From the NCBI GenBank assembly GCA_964187785.1, contig OZ076409.1, positions 49,044,001 to 49,108,000 on the forward strand: a stretch of 64,000 bases of DNA. Direction: 5' to 3'. Below the pieces are notes generated by a model that ran no database searches, was not told the origin of the DNA, and was given only the letters and a program-made list of their open reading frames with translations. Position numbers and translations under genes: made by a program. Origin of the DNA: Amphiscolops sp. MND2022. Taxonomy: Eukaryota. Shown piece by piece: positions 50,641 through 64,000 of the stretch (positions within the stretch are counted from its first letter, which is position 1; each line of letters begins with the position of its first letter).

Positions 50641-51149
50641 TTGGAACCTGGGATATACTCAATTTTTAGCACTTTTTGCAGACCATTGAACGTTTCTACT
50701 CGAGGCCAAGCGCGACATGCCGTCGCGCCTATGTTTTTTCTTGTTCGCTCTTTTTGGGCTGACAACTACTTCGGCAAAACATGCTCGATCTGGAAACGTT
50801 ATTTTTGAACGAATTTTTGTGAAAACTTCGATGCACCCATGGTCGTCGTTGCATCTCTCTCTCTCTCTCTCACTGACACTCTTTGAGGGAGTTTTTGAGG
50901 AACATTTTCTTGAAGTTTCTGTTTCAGAAAAGTCAAAAATTCCTACAAATACATCTCCTACGAAAATAATTTCTTCTTCGTTGATTTTTGGAGAACAATC
51001 TTTTTTTCACTTTTTTGTTCAAAAAATTTAAAATGGCAACATTTTTGGGAAAAACGCAGTATCGAAATTTCTTTATTATGGAGTATGAGCGTAAAAAATG
51101 TAGACAACAATCAGAAGCGTTTCAAACGACAACTAAAGCAATGCTCTGT

Positions 51150-51817
51150 ATTAACGTCCATTAACGTCAAAAAGTTGTTCAAAAAATTTCCCGCACAAAA
51201 AATGAGTCACGCAGCGTGCCTTTGCGGATTGGCAGGTACCCAAAAACAGTTCGTAAGACGCAAAAAGTGAATACATCACCCAAACACCATCCTATATTAC
51301 CCTAATATCATCGAAAGTAACCCGTAAAACCCAAATACTACCTTATTTACCAGAAAAATGTGGAAGCCCGATTTTGTCCGGAGAATGATGAACTATTGAA
51401 TATTTCATGCAATGTATGGAGGGTCTCGCTGAGGCCTTGAAACGGTGTGTTTACTAGAACAATCTCGGACCTTTGTATCATTTTTCCGGTATTTGTAAAT
51501 ATCTGATATTACAGATCTATCTTTTCTACATATTATGGCTAGTTTAAAGTATTTTGCCTGATTACATTTTCAGACCTCTGAAATATTTAGGAATAGAACC
51601 ACTCATAGACCCCAGGAATAGTTTTTACGTGCTTGAGGGACGTGTCCGGACTTGGAGCTCTTGAACGAGGAGCGTGTTAGACACATGGAAAGTCCCCACA
51701 AGAGACGATTTCTGTGTAAAAACTGGTGTTTAGGTTTCTGTGGGACCAAGGTTTCCTGTCTAGACAACCTAAGCAGTTTCTCACCTCTGGATAGTGCTCC
51801 CTTTGCTGGACGTTACA
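51150..51817 (+). mobile_element. Diverged solo LTR of the 1766-2510 family
   Basis: 51610-51817 is colinear with 2280-2510 (gtttttac, cgtgtccggactt, aaagtcccc, aaaact.gtgt.tagg, ggacgttaca). The 5' boundary (ttaacgtcca) is approximate. Confidence 0.7.
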
Positions 51818-53969
51818 CGCGTTTCCAAAGCTCAATCTAACGTATAAAAGAGGCTACCTGAAACAGGTTGCTCAGGAATTAGCCTACTTCGATATTGGGA
51901 TGTTTCACATTCCGTAGTCGCCTTAAATATAAAGTTTATTATATATAAACAGATCATCAAAGACTACTTTTCGGAATCATTTTTTGAAAATGAACTCAAT
52001 AACATGAATTGAAAGTTTAAACAGTTATTCCGCGATTGGGATTGAATGAACACCAAAAATGTGCCAGATAAAATTATACTAACCCCTCCTGTCTCGGTGT
52101 TGACGGTAGAGAAAGCAAATATTCGTTATGAGAAATTTCGTTAGTTTAGAAATGGTAAAGCTGTGATCTGTATGTAATTCCAGTAAATTAGCAAAAAGAA
52201 ATATTTTTAGAGATGTCACAGCGAATTAATATAAGTTATTTATAATTCTAGAATGTATCCAGAAAGTTTTGTTGTAAAAAGTAAAACAACATTAAATATT
52301 CGTCTAACCAACCTTTTTTGAATTGTTGATGTTTTTCCAGCATGTAATACCCAATTAGTTCATGCTTATTTCACCTGTTTTGAAACTATCGGAGACGTGA
52401 TTGGCCCGAACTCCGATTAAAACTGGGAGCAAATTCAATTATAAATTCAACTAATTCATTTTGCAAGCCATGCGCGACTTGAGACGCCCTTTGCTAAAGT
52501 TTCTGCATTTTGAGAAAATAAATTCTCGAATGATTGACTATTCGCAATAAATAAAGAAGAGTCAATAAACCAACACAGTAAAATAAACAAGGTGCATACC
52601 CCAGGTTGTAAATGGACGGAATTCGAGGAAATTTTAGTGGAAGCGACTGGTAAATCTGTTGGATTCAATAATGCTAAGAGTTTACCCACCTACATGGGTT
52701 TTCAAGGTAAAGTTTTGCCTTTACTCTTCAATTTAAATGGTAAAATGAAACGCTAGAACGTTTTCAACAATGATATCACTTCTAGAAATCGATTTTTTCC
52801 TTTTTAATTATATTTTTGACAACTTGAAGGAAAAAGGAAAAAGCAATGGGCAATCACTTTGCGACATGATGAATAATTAATTTCCGAAAGTGGCGGGAAG
52901 AATATGCTCACGTGTTTCAAACAAAAGGCATAGAATTCAAGAAGGGTTATGAAAAAATTTAAACTGTTCACATTGTTGAAAAAATGTTTAAAACTGCGCG
53001 GTGAGAAATGATTAAAAAATGAATTGGGTAATCAGATTCCAATCAGGCGCTAGGAAAACAGGTGAATCGTGTCATAGTCAGGAAATAGTTATGCAGTTAT
53101 ATATTTATAAATGCAGACTTTATTGAATCGAGTGGAGGAAGTCAATTCTTATTTGTGTTGTTGAAGATTCAGTAAGCACTGAAGCAGAAAAGCAAAACAC
53201 CAGCCAGGAAAAGTCCGGAAAACGCTTAGCCAGACCGCCGGGGCGCATGTAATCACTTGTAGTTACAGTACTACATTAGACTTATCACTAACATCGGTTA
53301 CAAACTTATAAATACTTCAGTAGCCGTTACTTGTCGCGGTTTATTTGTGGCAAATGGGTAAGCAAAACAGGGCTAATAGTTAAAGAAGGCCAAGTTAACC
53401 CCAGTAAGTACTGGCAAGGTAAAATATTGACATCATGCTATAATTGCAAAACTCGAAGTAAAAGTTGAGTTTAGAAAACGATAATGCCTAATATATCAAC
53501 TTGCCCAGCTGAAGATGCCCAACCTTTTCAAAGCTAGCAATTGTGACGACACTTCGAAGCTGACAAAGACTCCTATATCAGAATAAAAACTTCCAAATTA
53601 ATTCAAACTTGCTAAATATACTTCACAAATGCAAATGCGGTGGAAGTTTATTTTGTTTGGTAGTCGTCATTATAGACTGATAAAACTTCTGGTTTATGAT
53701 TCAATCGCTCTAACCAGGACGATAAAAACAGACTAATTTCTATTTTTTACGAAGATAAGAGCCTTAAAGTATTCACAAGGTGATTTACTTTCGAATATTT
53801 TTCCTTGTTTTCGTTATCCATGACTATAGATCGAAGTAGAACAAAAGGAGCAGACGTTCATCAGTTAACCAATATTGCTTCCTAATTAAGAACAAGACGC
53901 TCGCTAAACACCAGCATATTCACCTCATTGTCAAGAAAAATCAGGCAGAGGCGAGACTATAACCCACAA

Positions 53970-54190
53970 CCTACTGATTGATAGTAACTGAAAAAGTCAA
54001 CTAACTAAAATAGTCAAGTAGTGGATGGAGATCGTGGAGATTTGGCAGAATTTACTACAAGTAAATTCTAGAGTTTACTACTAGAATTTAGCTACTGATA
54101 GTAACTACTTAGTGACTATCTTAGTTACTAGTAACTATAAAAATAGCCAAGTAGTGGTGAATGGAAATCGTGGAGATTTGGCAGAATTTG
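53970..54190. repeat. Imperfect ~125-135-bp tandem duplication
   Basis: ctactgat..tagtaact...aaaatag.caagtagtgg..atgga.atcgtggagatttggcagaattt occurs twice. Confidence 0.8.
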
Positions 54191-57109
54191 GAAAAACAAC
54201 GCAACACAGATCATGATTTTCCTCCCTTATTATATGTGGGGGAATATAAAAGAATAGAATATAAGACTTTATTCATTCCGAAAGCTTTGCATTAAAAAAC
54301 GTTATAGCAACTTCTCCGTGAAGGAGAGAGAAGAACTTTTCAGCTCGTCGACCTTTTGCCCTTGAGAATCAATTTCCTGTAAATAAAATATTCGTTATTC
54401 ACTTCTGAATAAGTTTTAAAGTTATGTGGAGTTAGAAAAAGAGATCAAAAACCTCTTTGTTATTGATTACGTAGATTCCGTTTAGTTTTCTTACAGCTTC
54501 ATAGACTTGCTCTGCAGTGAGATTTTTCAGTTACGGAGGAATTGAATTGAATATTATGAGCTTTTTCGGAGGGTAGACTTTTCGGAGAACATTTGTTACA
54601 CTTCGCTGTTTCAGTACCAGTCTTTTACAGGTAGAAGGCAGCAAAACTTTTGTGTTTTCTTCGAGTATGGTAGTCATGACTGGCCATTTTTTTATCAAGG
54701 TGTACCCTGAAGTGACTCGAATCGTAACTGTTTAAAGACTTCTTTCACCACTTCGACGATGGACATTGCGTAGAGACATTTTAGGTTTTTTCTCGTGTAA
54801 ACGTTTTGTAACGTCCCATTTACGTCATTAAAAAATTTCTCTGAAAAGTCTTCAATCTGTTTTATTAATAGGAGGCTCAAGGTTCGTTTTGTAGGTAGAT
54901 TCATAGTTTCTGAAACGATACGTAATCACTAATTGAACAACAGCATAAAAAATGCGATACGAACTTTTCGCGGCAAACGCTCAAGGATCTCATGAACAGT
55001 TCCACAAAGTTTTTTCAGTTTTTTGTTGCGTGTTCTATGTGTTGTTTTCAAATGAGTTATGCGTCCAAAAGAACACCGGAATATTTGCAATGTAATTGAG
55101 AACAAATTTCGGCGGCCTCAAAGGCGGAAGGTTCACTGATTCCAAAACCTAATGACTCACGTTAATCATTTATCGGTTTTATTGGTCAATCTTTGTAGAT
55201 TCTTAGCATCGTTTCAATATTTGTCTTTCGCTTAAGGTCCGACCTTGTACACAGAAATATCGTCAGCGATTTTATCTTCTTTTTTTGCAGATGCGATGCG
55301 TTAACAAGTCACAGAATGAGATTCTCCAGTTCAGAGCATTTTTTCAACTCAATGCTCAATGTCAAGTGGCATTAAATTGAAGACTCAGAATTTTTCAAAC
55401 TTGAAACCTGACCTGTTCATCACTTGGATGTTAAACACTCTTTAAGTAAAGTAGGATATCTATCTGTCGAAATTCCATCTACAAAACTTTGAACTGAGCA
55501 ATGGAATGAAGCATAAGACGGAATGTCTCCACATAGAACATTGGAGCGCGCCCTAAAACTCACCGAAACCTTTGATGGTTGGCAAACACACCTAAAAATT
55601 GGTTTGCTTATTCCCGCACAGAAGGGTAATAAACACGAAAACAATTGATGATAATATGCGGTTCCGACGGTTTGATGGCTTGACCCACCGGTTACGGGTC
55701 AGAACACTTTATAGATGCTCTTACAAGACAACTGAAAATTCCATGAGACGTAACCTAGTTCGCACCCAACTGAAATTGTCCTGAATTGCGGTTTTTTCTA
55801 TGTGTTTTCCGGCTATTGAGACAATAGGTTCTGTTTTTCCTTTAGAGCTTCAAGAGACTCAGACTACCTGTGAATCACTTGGTTTTGATTTGTCTGTAAT
55901 ATGTTTGTCAGCATCTCGAGACTGATGCATTACTGTGGGCTCTAACGGAGCACTTTACAACGAAACTTACACGTCTTTAATAACTCCTAGATGAAGGAAG
56001 TTGAACTATGGAAAAGATCTTTGATTTGAAAATTTCTAATTTTTCTCTAAAGCTTCAAGAGTTCGAGTTCGCTGAAAACAAACAGTTCTAGGTTTTTCTG
56101 ATTTTGGATTTGTGCAGCATTAGAATATTTTAAAAACTTCAAAAAATCCTGTTTTGTGGACATTTTTTGCGCGGAAAATATCTGGGTCGCTAGCGGATGT
56201 TTTGCTAAATTTATAAGAATATCAGATAAATGAAATTTTTGCATATTTAACAACAAAGTTTATTTTTAGGCATCACATACAAAATCATAACGTTACACAA
56301 TTTACGAAGATTTTTAACCATTTCTATGCGAATGAGGGTTTTCTTATAGGACCTTAACAGTTGATGTATTTCACGCAAGGAGCCCATGTGGTAAACGCAA
56401 TCATGAGAAGATTGTTTTTTTAATTATTTTTTTTTCAATTGAGTAGATCAGAAATCTTTTTATATATTCAGTTTTTGAGCATCTTAAATAATTTTTTTGA
56501 ATTGACCTACTATTTTTAGCGAGTAATTGAGATGGTCAGATGGCACCCTTGATGTCGAGAATTACCATAAATTTGTGAACAGCAGAAACGGCAAAAGGTA
56601 ATCGGATTAGGCTAATCTGCTGAAATCAATTAGTGGCTGAAATTGAATCGGGAAATAAATCGAGAAAACGAGGAAATATCTAAAGTGCGTCACAAAAAGG
56701 AAGACAAATAAAGTTTGGTAGTATCCGTTGTTGACTTGTTCAGGAAATGACTCAAATGGAACTTCCTGAAAAGTTCAAAGTTGCGAGGTACTGAAGAAAC
56801 CCCAGCAGATTGATGGACAGTCATTTCTAGCTTTCTGCTGCATCTCTATTGCAGAAGAATTGAACGAAGAATTTCAAGACATTTTGAGAAATGTTTGATA
56901 TATTTTAACAAAGTTGTCTCTAAGTCGCTGTCAACACAAATGTTGTACGTTTACCATCATCCTTTAGAAAGTTTAATTCCCCCAATTCAGCGAGGTGTAC
57001 AGCGAATAAGCAGTACCGCTTTTCTAATTCGGCTTCCTTCCGGATACTATCTTCCCAATTGAAGCTGTGACTTGCTCAAGGTCACAAAGGTCTGAATGCT
57101 CACCGTTGC

Positions 57110-57279
57110 TCTTTTTATTTTGCTTTTCTACGCCAAATGCGTTGTTTTTGTCACTGGCCACATCACCAAGCTAGGGATGAAGGGCTTGCTTAAGGCCCAA
57201 CAAGGTGAGTTGAAAGATATTCGAACTTGATACCGCCACAGTGCAGGTCGGATGCTCTAACCACTGCACCATGCTCCCC
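57110..57279 (-). mobile_element. tRNA-derived SINE
   Basis: Minus strand: GGGGAGCATGGTGCAGTGGTTAGAGCA (A box) ... AAGTTCGAA (B-box-like), then ggccttaagcaagcccttcatccc (CORE-like), then an A-rich tail. Confidence 0.6.
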
Positions 57280-58482
57280 TCTCTACACCAAGCTCCCCCA
57301 CTACACCATGCGTCCCTGATTCAAAGCAATGAAGTCAAAAAGTCCCTGTATCCAGAAAGCTATAGCTGATCCGCTTTAGAAGAAGAATGAATTATACTAA
57401 GATTTCGTATGTATATCGAATGAAGGAGGGATATGAATATTCGAAAAACTCTTCATATCCAGAGATAGAAATCCACTCAACACCTACGGAAAGGCGGAAT
57501 TGAGAAGAAAATGCTAGCAAAACAAAAATAGTAAAATTAATGTTAAAAAAGAAAGTGTTGTTTTTTTTTGCAAAAGACAAAAGTGCTCACCATGGGATCA
57601 GTTAGAGCTGGCAACAACGAATGGTTTCTATCGGAGCATAACCAAATATAATTCACACATGTTGGTCATAGATTTTATTTTCGTGTTTCTCTGGGTCTAT
57701 CTTGGCTCTTAACTACGCTTTGAAATCATGGGATCATGGCATTTGTCGTGGGAAACTCATATACAAGTAGCGATTCTACGAAAGCAAGTAATTTGGAATC
57801 AGAAACACTCAAAAATGATCAATCGATGGGCTGGTGTGCGTGCAAGAAAAAACTTATATCGTAGGACGTCGGATACACGGGAAAAGAATTCAAGACGATT
57901 TCAATATGATTGAGCAATGTGTTTTTTTTCTAAGGTTCAGGTGATCCTTTTGTTATTTTCAATGAATAGACTGTTATTTTCAATGAATAGACTGCAGCTT
58001 TCCACATACCAACGAAATGAACTAAAAAGGATCTGAGTGGCCAAATTTTTATGACATGCAACAATTAATAGCAGGCAATGGCTGAAATGTTTCAACTAAC
58101 TATCTGGATAGTTCGAGCTGGACATGGTTGATGTCGCAGGTTAGCTGAGCAAAAAATTTTTCGACAGCAAAAACTACTGAAAAATTTTTCACGCAGAGAC
58201 CATTTCTGTCACCATCTATCAAGTTGATGTACTCTTATGTCACTAGAACTAACTTGAAAAAATTCTTCACGCAAATTTTTCATCAATGCTTCTTGAACCT
58301 CCGGAAAAGTACTGAGAAACACGAGTTGAATTCCCTATCATTTCTTTGATCGACTTTGAAAGAAAAATCCCGATGAGTAAACAATAACAAATTTGGTTTT
58401 AAACGTTTTTCTGGATCAAAGTTTTGCCTTGATAAGCCACAAAGTGAAAAAACAAGTAGACGGTCAAGGTACTATTACAAAT

Positions 58483-59005
58483 AACAAGACGGGAACGTCC
58501 CAAGTCGGCGCCATATCTTAGGCTCAAAAATATTCAAGGAACAACTATTGGAAACATTTGGAAAAATTTTTTTTTCGAGAAAAAAGTATTTTTTTAGAAA
58601 GTCGCACAATGCCGAAAAACTCAAAAAGAGGCCATTCAGGCTCATTAAACGTTTTTACAAACCGAAAACTTCAAAAAAAATGCAATTGATAGATTCCGAA
58701 AATTTTCGAAAAAAAGTCGCATAGTGCCGAAAAAAAAACGAAAAAAAATCAAACGAAACGAAACAAAGCTTTGGTCTCGCATCTACTTTTGGAAGCATAA
58801 AAAATTTGTGGTTTAGTGCGAGAATCGAACCCACGATCCCCTGCTTCTCAGAAAGTTAGTTGAACAAATGTGAACAAATGTGAACAAAGATTGTAAGAAA
58901 AGTGGACCACTCAGAGTGAGATTGTCAACTGAAAAAAACAAAAAAAAAACTACTCACTGTAAGAGTCGGGCTTTTTTCCTTAAGGGAAAAGGCGCCGACT
59001 AAAAA
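58483..59005 (-). mobile_element. HINE-like element, best-preserved copy C
   Basis: On the minus strand: 5' TTTTT-AGTCGGCGCC with inner inverted CCGACT; 3' subterminal GGCGCCGACT, hairpin GGGA-cgt-TCCC and terminal CTTGTT. No TSD. Confidence 0.85.
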
Positions 59006-59590
59006 TGGCTCCACCGCCGCAGTTGCGGAAACTGCGGTCCGCAGGATAATGGACTTATTGCCGAACAGCAAACAAACTTCACAGGGTCAAATCCCAGCTA
59101 ATATATTAACAAGAAAAGCGAATAAGGTATCTGGTAGAGGCAGAGTATTGAAAGTTGTTCTGATAAAGGCATTTTGGAAACGAATTCACTTACACCCCAG
59201 CATCATCTGCCAGAGACATATGACGAGATGTTTGACAAATGCCAGAGAGACTAATGTCATCCTATCGCACAATCGGCTCTCTACGCTATTCAAAAAGCCT
59301 TGATGGACTTAAACAACAGATGGTTTGCTGAAACGTCAAGATACTCAAATCCTTAGAAGATCCAATATATGGTGAAAAGAGCCTTTCGTACTGTGGTAGA
59401 GCGCTATATTGTCACCTTCACTTGTGTAAATAAAGTTGTGAGAAAATAGTTAATTAACAACAACCTGCAAAAATATGCCAAAGTGGCAAAATCACAAATA
59501 TAGCCACATACACAAGATACGTCATTCAATTTAGTATTACATTCCGTTCCTGTTTTCACGCCTTCAAGCTAGAATTCTCTAAGCTATTAC

Positions 59591-60530
59591 ATGGCGCCGC
59601 GAGCTGAAGAAGACAATTCAAATTCAACCCTCGCGGGTCTCAGTTACTTCTGGCAAGAGGCAGAAAAACCACCAGGCTCTGATTGGGAACAGTGGGTCCA
59701 GCTATTTGAGGTTGCTGTGTTAGCTAGGCACTCAATCTCAATGACCGAACTTCTGGGAGTGGCTGACCAACAAAACCCAAGAAATGCTGCAATGATTGAT
59801 GGAAAATCTGGACGAGATACCTGCAAAAAGAAAACTAGTAAGTTTAATGTACATATCCATTGGGAAAACAGGAAGCAAAATGCTGATCGACAAATTCCCG
59901 AACATCAATATTCTGCTAATCGAACTACAAAGTTTGGTGCAAAACTGCACAGAATTTTTCCAGAAACGTAGAAATCGGATTTTGGATAGACATATTTTTC
60001 TTTCGAGAAAACAAATATCCACGGAAACACTACATCAATTTTGGAATGCGCTGAACGGACTTGCTGCCCGGTGTGATTTCGGAGATCAAACAGAAGGGCT
60101 TGTTCACGACATTTTCGTCCTTAACATGAATAATAAAAAAACCCCAGAAAAGTTATGCACGGAGCCAAAAGAAACCCCTGCCGAGGCACTACAATTCGCC
60201 ATTGCATTCGAAGATGGTCTAAAAAGACAGAAGTCCAATGGGTACATTAGCCCGGAACCGAAACTCAAAGACAAGCCTATCTGTGCAGTAAGCAGTAACA
60301 ACCAAAGAGAATGTTGGAGATGTGGGGCAAGGAATTTTACATTAGATCACTTGAGTAAATGCAAAGCCCCGAATGCCATATGTAATTACTGCGGAAGAAA
60401 GGGACATCTTGAAAGAGTATGCAACCAGAAGAAAAAGGAGTCTAACCTGAAAGTTGGCAATAGCAGAGGAATTGGCAAAAGAGTGCAAAGAGTTGATTCA
60501 GGATCCAGACCAAAGTGGCGAAGAGAACGA
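59591..60530 (+). pseudogene. Gypsy gag with one frameshift near 59795
   Basis: FWQEAEKPP..WEQW; RKQ..ETLHQFWNAL..LAARCDFG; zinc knuckles CWRCG..H..KC and CNYCGRKGHLERVC. Confidence 0.9.
59592..59604 (+). promoter_or_regulatory. Primer-binding site, tRNA-Ser(UGA/CGA)-like
   Basis: TGGCGCCGCGAGC directly after the LTR CA resembles the complement of metazoan tRNA-Ser ends (TGGCGCAGCGAGC / TGGCGCTGTGAGC). Confidence 0.7.
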
Positions 60531-60539
60531 CGAGGACTA

Positions 60540-63500
60540 TGTGGTATTAAAAATGGAATCAGAAAGCGAGACCTCCAAACCATATTACATGGAAGGACTT
60601 ATAAATGGCAATAAATTCAAAACCATAATAGACACCGGCTCCCCAGTAACCATCTTTGAACTGGATGAAATAAAACAAATAATGAAGAGTTAGAAATTAC
60701 AAGTACGCCCGATGATCGAAAACGAACGATACGTGGACATCAATGGAAAACCCCTCAATTTACTGGGATATGTGTTTTGCGAACTTCAAGTGAATTACAG
60801 TTACATAAAGAATGACAGAATCCTCATTGCAAAAAACGGAACGAAGCCGATCATTGGTGGAGAGTGGTTATCCACTCTTCGATACAAACTGGTCCCAGAA
60901 GGTGAGTTGGAAGTAAATGTAATAGATTAGAACGTGAACTTAGCCCAGAAACTAAACAATTGAAAATACTAAACTGTCGAAAAAATTTCCAAAACTTTTC
61001 GAAAGGAAAGGCAAGATAAAAAATCACCAAGTTCGGATAAATTTCAAACCCGGGGCGAAAATAACACAACAAAAAGGGAGAAGAATCCCTATTCAGCTGC
61101 AAAAGGCCGTGGATGAGGAAATCAGTAGACTGTTGAAAGAAAGCCATATCGAAAAAATTAACGAAATAAAAGATGACGTCTTCATTCAACCAACAGTGAT
61201 AACCGTGAAAAAGGACCGTTCGGTAAAATTTGCGCTAGATGCAAGAGCTCTTAATCAAGCAATCGAGAAGGATAGATACTAAATGCCGAATTTGGAATTT
61301 TACTAGATACGGGGGCAGAAAAATTAGATACAGAAAAAGGAGAAGTATGAATTTCATCAGTTGATATGACCTACACGCATACGGTCAAGTTCCCTTGCAT
61401 CTATTAACCGCCAAATACTGTAATTTTCAAATAATTGGAGGTGAGTCAACAGGTACATACAGATTCGTGACGCGATTTTGTATTCTGTCGGTTATGCCGA
61501 CAGAATTTCAAAAAGTAATGGACATTTTATTATCTAAGTTTAGAGAAGTATTTGTATTCATAGACGATATTTTAATTGTAACTAAGGAACCAAGGACGAA
61601 CAATTAGATAAATTGCGGGAAAGTTTGAAATCGCTCGACCAAGCAGAAGTACAATTAAAGGCGGGAAAATGCACATTTGCAAAGAACGAAAATGAGTTGC
61701 TAGGTTTCAAAATGACAGAAAAAGGAATTTTGCCAATAAATACAAAAGTGCAGGGAATTACAGAAAAGCTAAGACCAACTGATTTGAAAGAATTGAGGTC
61801 TTTTCTGGGCGCAGTGAATCAATTCAATAAATTCATTCCAGACCTTGCAGTAATTTGCTTGCATTTTCGTTCAATTCTAAAGAAGGATGCAACGTGTAAT
61901 TGGAACGATGATCATGAAAAGGCATTTCTTAAAGTAAATAGAGAAGTAAAGAAAGTGGCCGAGTTACCGCATTTCAAATAAAACAGACCGCTAAGAATAA
62001 TTTGCGATGCGAGAAAAAATGTGTTAGGGGCGGTCTTACAACAGTGCGAAGAAAAGAAATGGAAACCATTTTCATATGCGTCTAGATTTTTAACGCAATT
62101 AGAGGCCAAATATTCAATACACGAATTAGAGTTATTAGCTGTAGTTTGGTCCGTAGAACATTTTAAAAGTTATGTATATGGGGTTTCCTTCGGCATAGTT
62201 TCTGATCATAAAGCGTTACAACGTGTTTTAAAAACGAACAAAGGAAACAAAACATACTCTAGTCGACTAACGCGTTGATTTGATAGACTTTTGCCTTTTG
62301 AATTTTCAATTGTACATACTCCAGGTAGAACGCTAGGCATGGCAGATTATCTATCAAGTTACCCGTCGGAATACGAAGGCGCCGTCGCAAAAGCGGAAAA
62401 ATTATTTAATGATTGGCTTTTTATTAACGTAGTGGACGAAGTTTCACCAAAACTACCACGATTGGCAGATCAGCGTAAGCCAATCAAAATGCGAGAAAGC
62501 GAGAAAGTGAAAAGAACGAACGCAAGCGGCGTGTTGACAGTTCATGAGCCTGTGCAAACAATTAAACTGAGAAGAGAAGTCGCTAAGACGCCGATTAGTG
62601 AAACAATGGCAGAGTTCAAAGGCTTATCAAATTCCAAAATAAGCAACGATTACGTAAAAACGAACGCGGAAAATGACCGTACAATCTGAAAAAATATCCA
62701 ATTAGTCCAAAACAGGAACAATGCTGTTACTGCCCGCCTTGCCCCTCCTTGGAGGGAAAGATTTCATTCCTTCGCGGTCGACTCAAACGGCCTCCTTTAT
62801 TTGAATAACCGTCTCGTCATACCTAAAGATATGAGAGAAAACATTCTACGGGCAATTCATTACGGCCATGCGGGAAGGGACTCTATGCTAAGAGAAGCAT
62901 CAGATATTTGGTGGCCCCGCATTCACAGGAAGATCGTTGAGAAGGCGCGAAACTGTCGAGAATGCCAATTAGCAGGTAAGAATTTAAAATGCTTAAAGTC
63001 ACAAAACGAGTTTGGAAAGATCTGAAGCCAGAGGCATCTGAAGCAAATGAAGAAATTTCCTGAGACTTCGCAGGACCTTCTCAAAATGTAAATAGCAAGA
63101 AAAAGTATTTACTAGTGTCCGTAGATTACACTTCAGGATGGCCTCACGCAATGTTCCTACCAAACCCTAACACTGAAAAAGTTATTGAATTTTTATAAGA
63201 ATATACCTCAAAAAATGGAATACCAAAAAGAATCCGGACAGATCCCGGAACGGGATTTAAAAGTGAGGAGTTCAAACAATTTCGCAAAGAAAAATTTATA
63301 GACCATGTAATTTGCCCGGCAAGAGATCACAGAGGAAATGGGAAAGTTGAAAGAATGATACGCACAATAAATGAAAGATTGAGAACCAACAAAAGCATCT
63401 TAGTGTCGAAAGATAAGAGCGGAATATCAAACATCTTATTTGCGCTAAGATCAGAAAAGGGAATTGACGGAAAATCGGCGTTCGTAAGAAAAAACGGAAG

Positions 63501-63852
63501 AAGTCCAATCACTTTGAAATCGCGAATCCTTGAAAAATGTATTTTACAGCAAGACCCAAAGATCAAGATAGAGTCCGAGGATTTCAGCGACGAGGTCAAC
63601 TCCACAATCTTAGTCCGAGAGAGAGTCCGAGGAACTAAGTTGAAGGGGGCAATCAAAAAAGTGCGCGGAAAGGTCTTAAAGCAATCAAACCACACAATAA
63701 CATTAATTCTGAGAAGTGGCAAACAACGGGGAAATGCCAAGTTCCAGCAAAACGCCAATACAAAACAAAAAGGTAAGCGAGACAGCAAAGAACAAAAGAC
63801 CCCAAAAGAAAAGAGGTTTAGAAAATCAAGACCTTTGCCAGCCAAAAAGTAA
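60540..63852 (+). pseudogene. Gypsy pol (PR-RT-RNase H-IN) with multiple stops and frameshifts
   Basis: IIDTGS (60631); FIDDIL (61557); LRSFLG; YASR..YS..ELELLAV; SDHKAL; HYGHAG..CREC; RTDPGTGF; GNGKVERM. Confidence 0.93.
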
Positions 63853-64000
63853 AATTGTAAATAAACCTGTATATACTGAAGAACCAACGGACGAAGATAG
63901 CGATCAACAAGAAGAGATCCAAACCATGACCCAAAACGCAATGCCTGTACAAAAGGAAGCAATAGAAAGCAACCCACGGAACCAATCACAAAATGAAGAC

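Larger units (their letters stand above)
59392..64000 (+). mobile_element. Decayed Ty3/Gypsy retrotransposon, truncated by the window end
   Basis: Probable 5' LTR 59392-59591 (TGTGGTAG...CTATTACA; start inferred from one copy only), PBS and gag-PR-RT-RH-IN order. Confidence 0.92.

Noticed and set aside
52600..52689. 90-bp AG/GT-bounded open segment on the minus strand
   Set aside because: Weak polypyrimidine tract and donor; plausible by chance, so not listed as a feature.
63327..63989. 220-aa minus-strand ORF
   Set aside because: Antisense to the Gypsy integrase and its tail; no independent motif.
1..64000. Species assignment, or a prokaryotic defence/operon system
   Set aside because: Sequence alone supports only a TE-rich eukaryote, probably an invertebrate. 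There are no operons or intact long ORFs.

Overview
AT-rich eukaryotic (metazoan-like) DNA made mostly of nested and decayed transposable elements. I found no intact protein-coding gene, rRNA, intact tRNA or CRISPR array. Main structures: (1) a non-coding LTR retroelement at 1766-11391, with ~745-bp LTRs about 96% identical by my manual comparison, a tRNA-Arg-like PBS and a PPT. Its 3' LTR is split by a CACTA/CMC-like DNA transposon (6921-11101, TAA duplication), which itself holds a 5'-truncated CR1-group LINE (ORF2 8395-10836, two in-frame stops). (2) Three diverged solo LTRs or fragments related to that LTR. (3) An old full-length Gypsy element on the minus strand (30748-37357) with a tandemly duplicated RT-RNase H block. 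(4) A second decayed Gypsy element running off the right end (59392-64000). (5) A BEL/Pao fragment (~46070-48024). (6) A family of DINE-1/HINE-like (Helentron-type) non-autonomous elements. (7) Several ~180-bp-period arrays, a SINE and small repeats. One clean 225-bp candidate exon (13966-14190, minus) suggests the window lies in introns of a host gene. The most unusual signal is the LTR family: both insertions with intact flanks show only a 3-bp duplication outside TG..CA, the PBS sits 16 nt from the LTR, and the internal region is a non-coding periodic array. All identities and alignments were judged by eye, and no database search was run.
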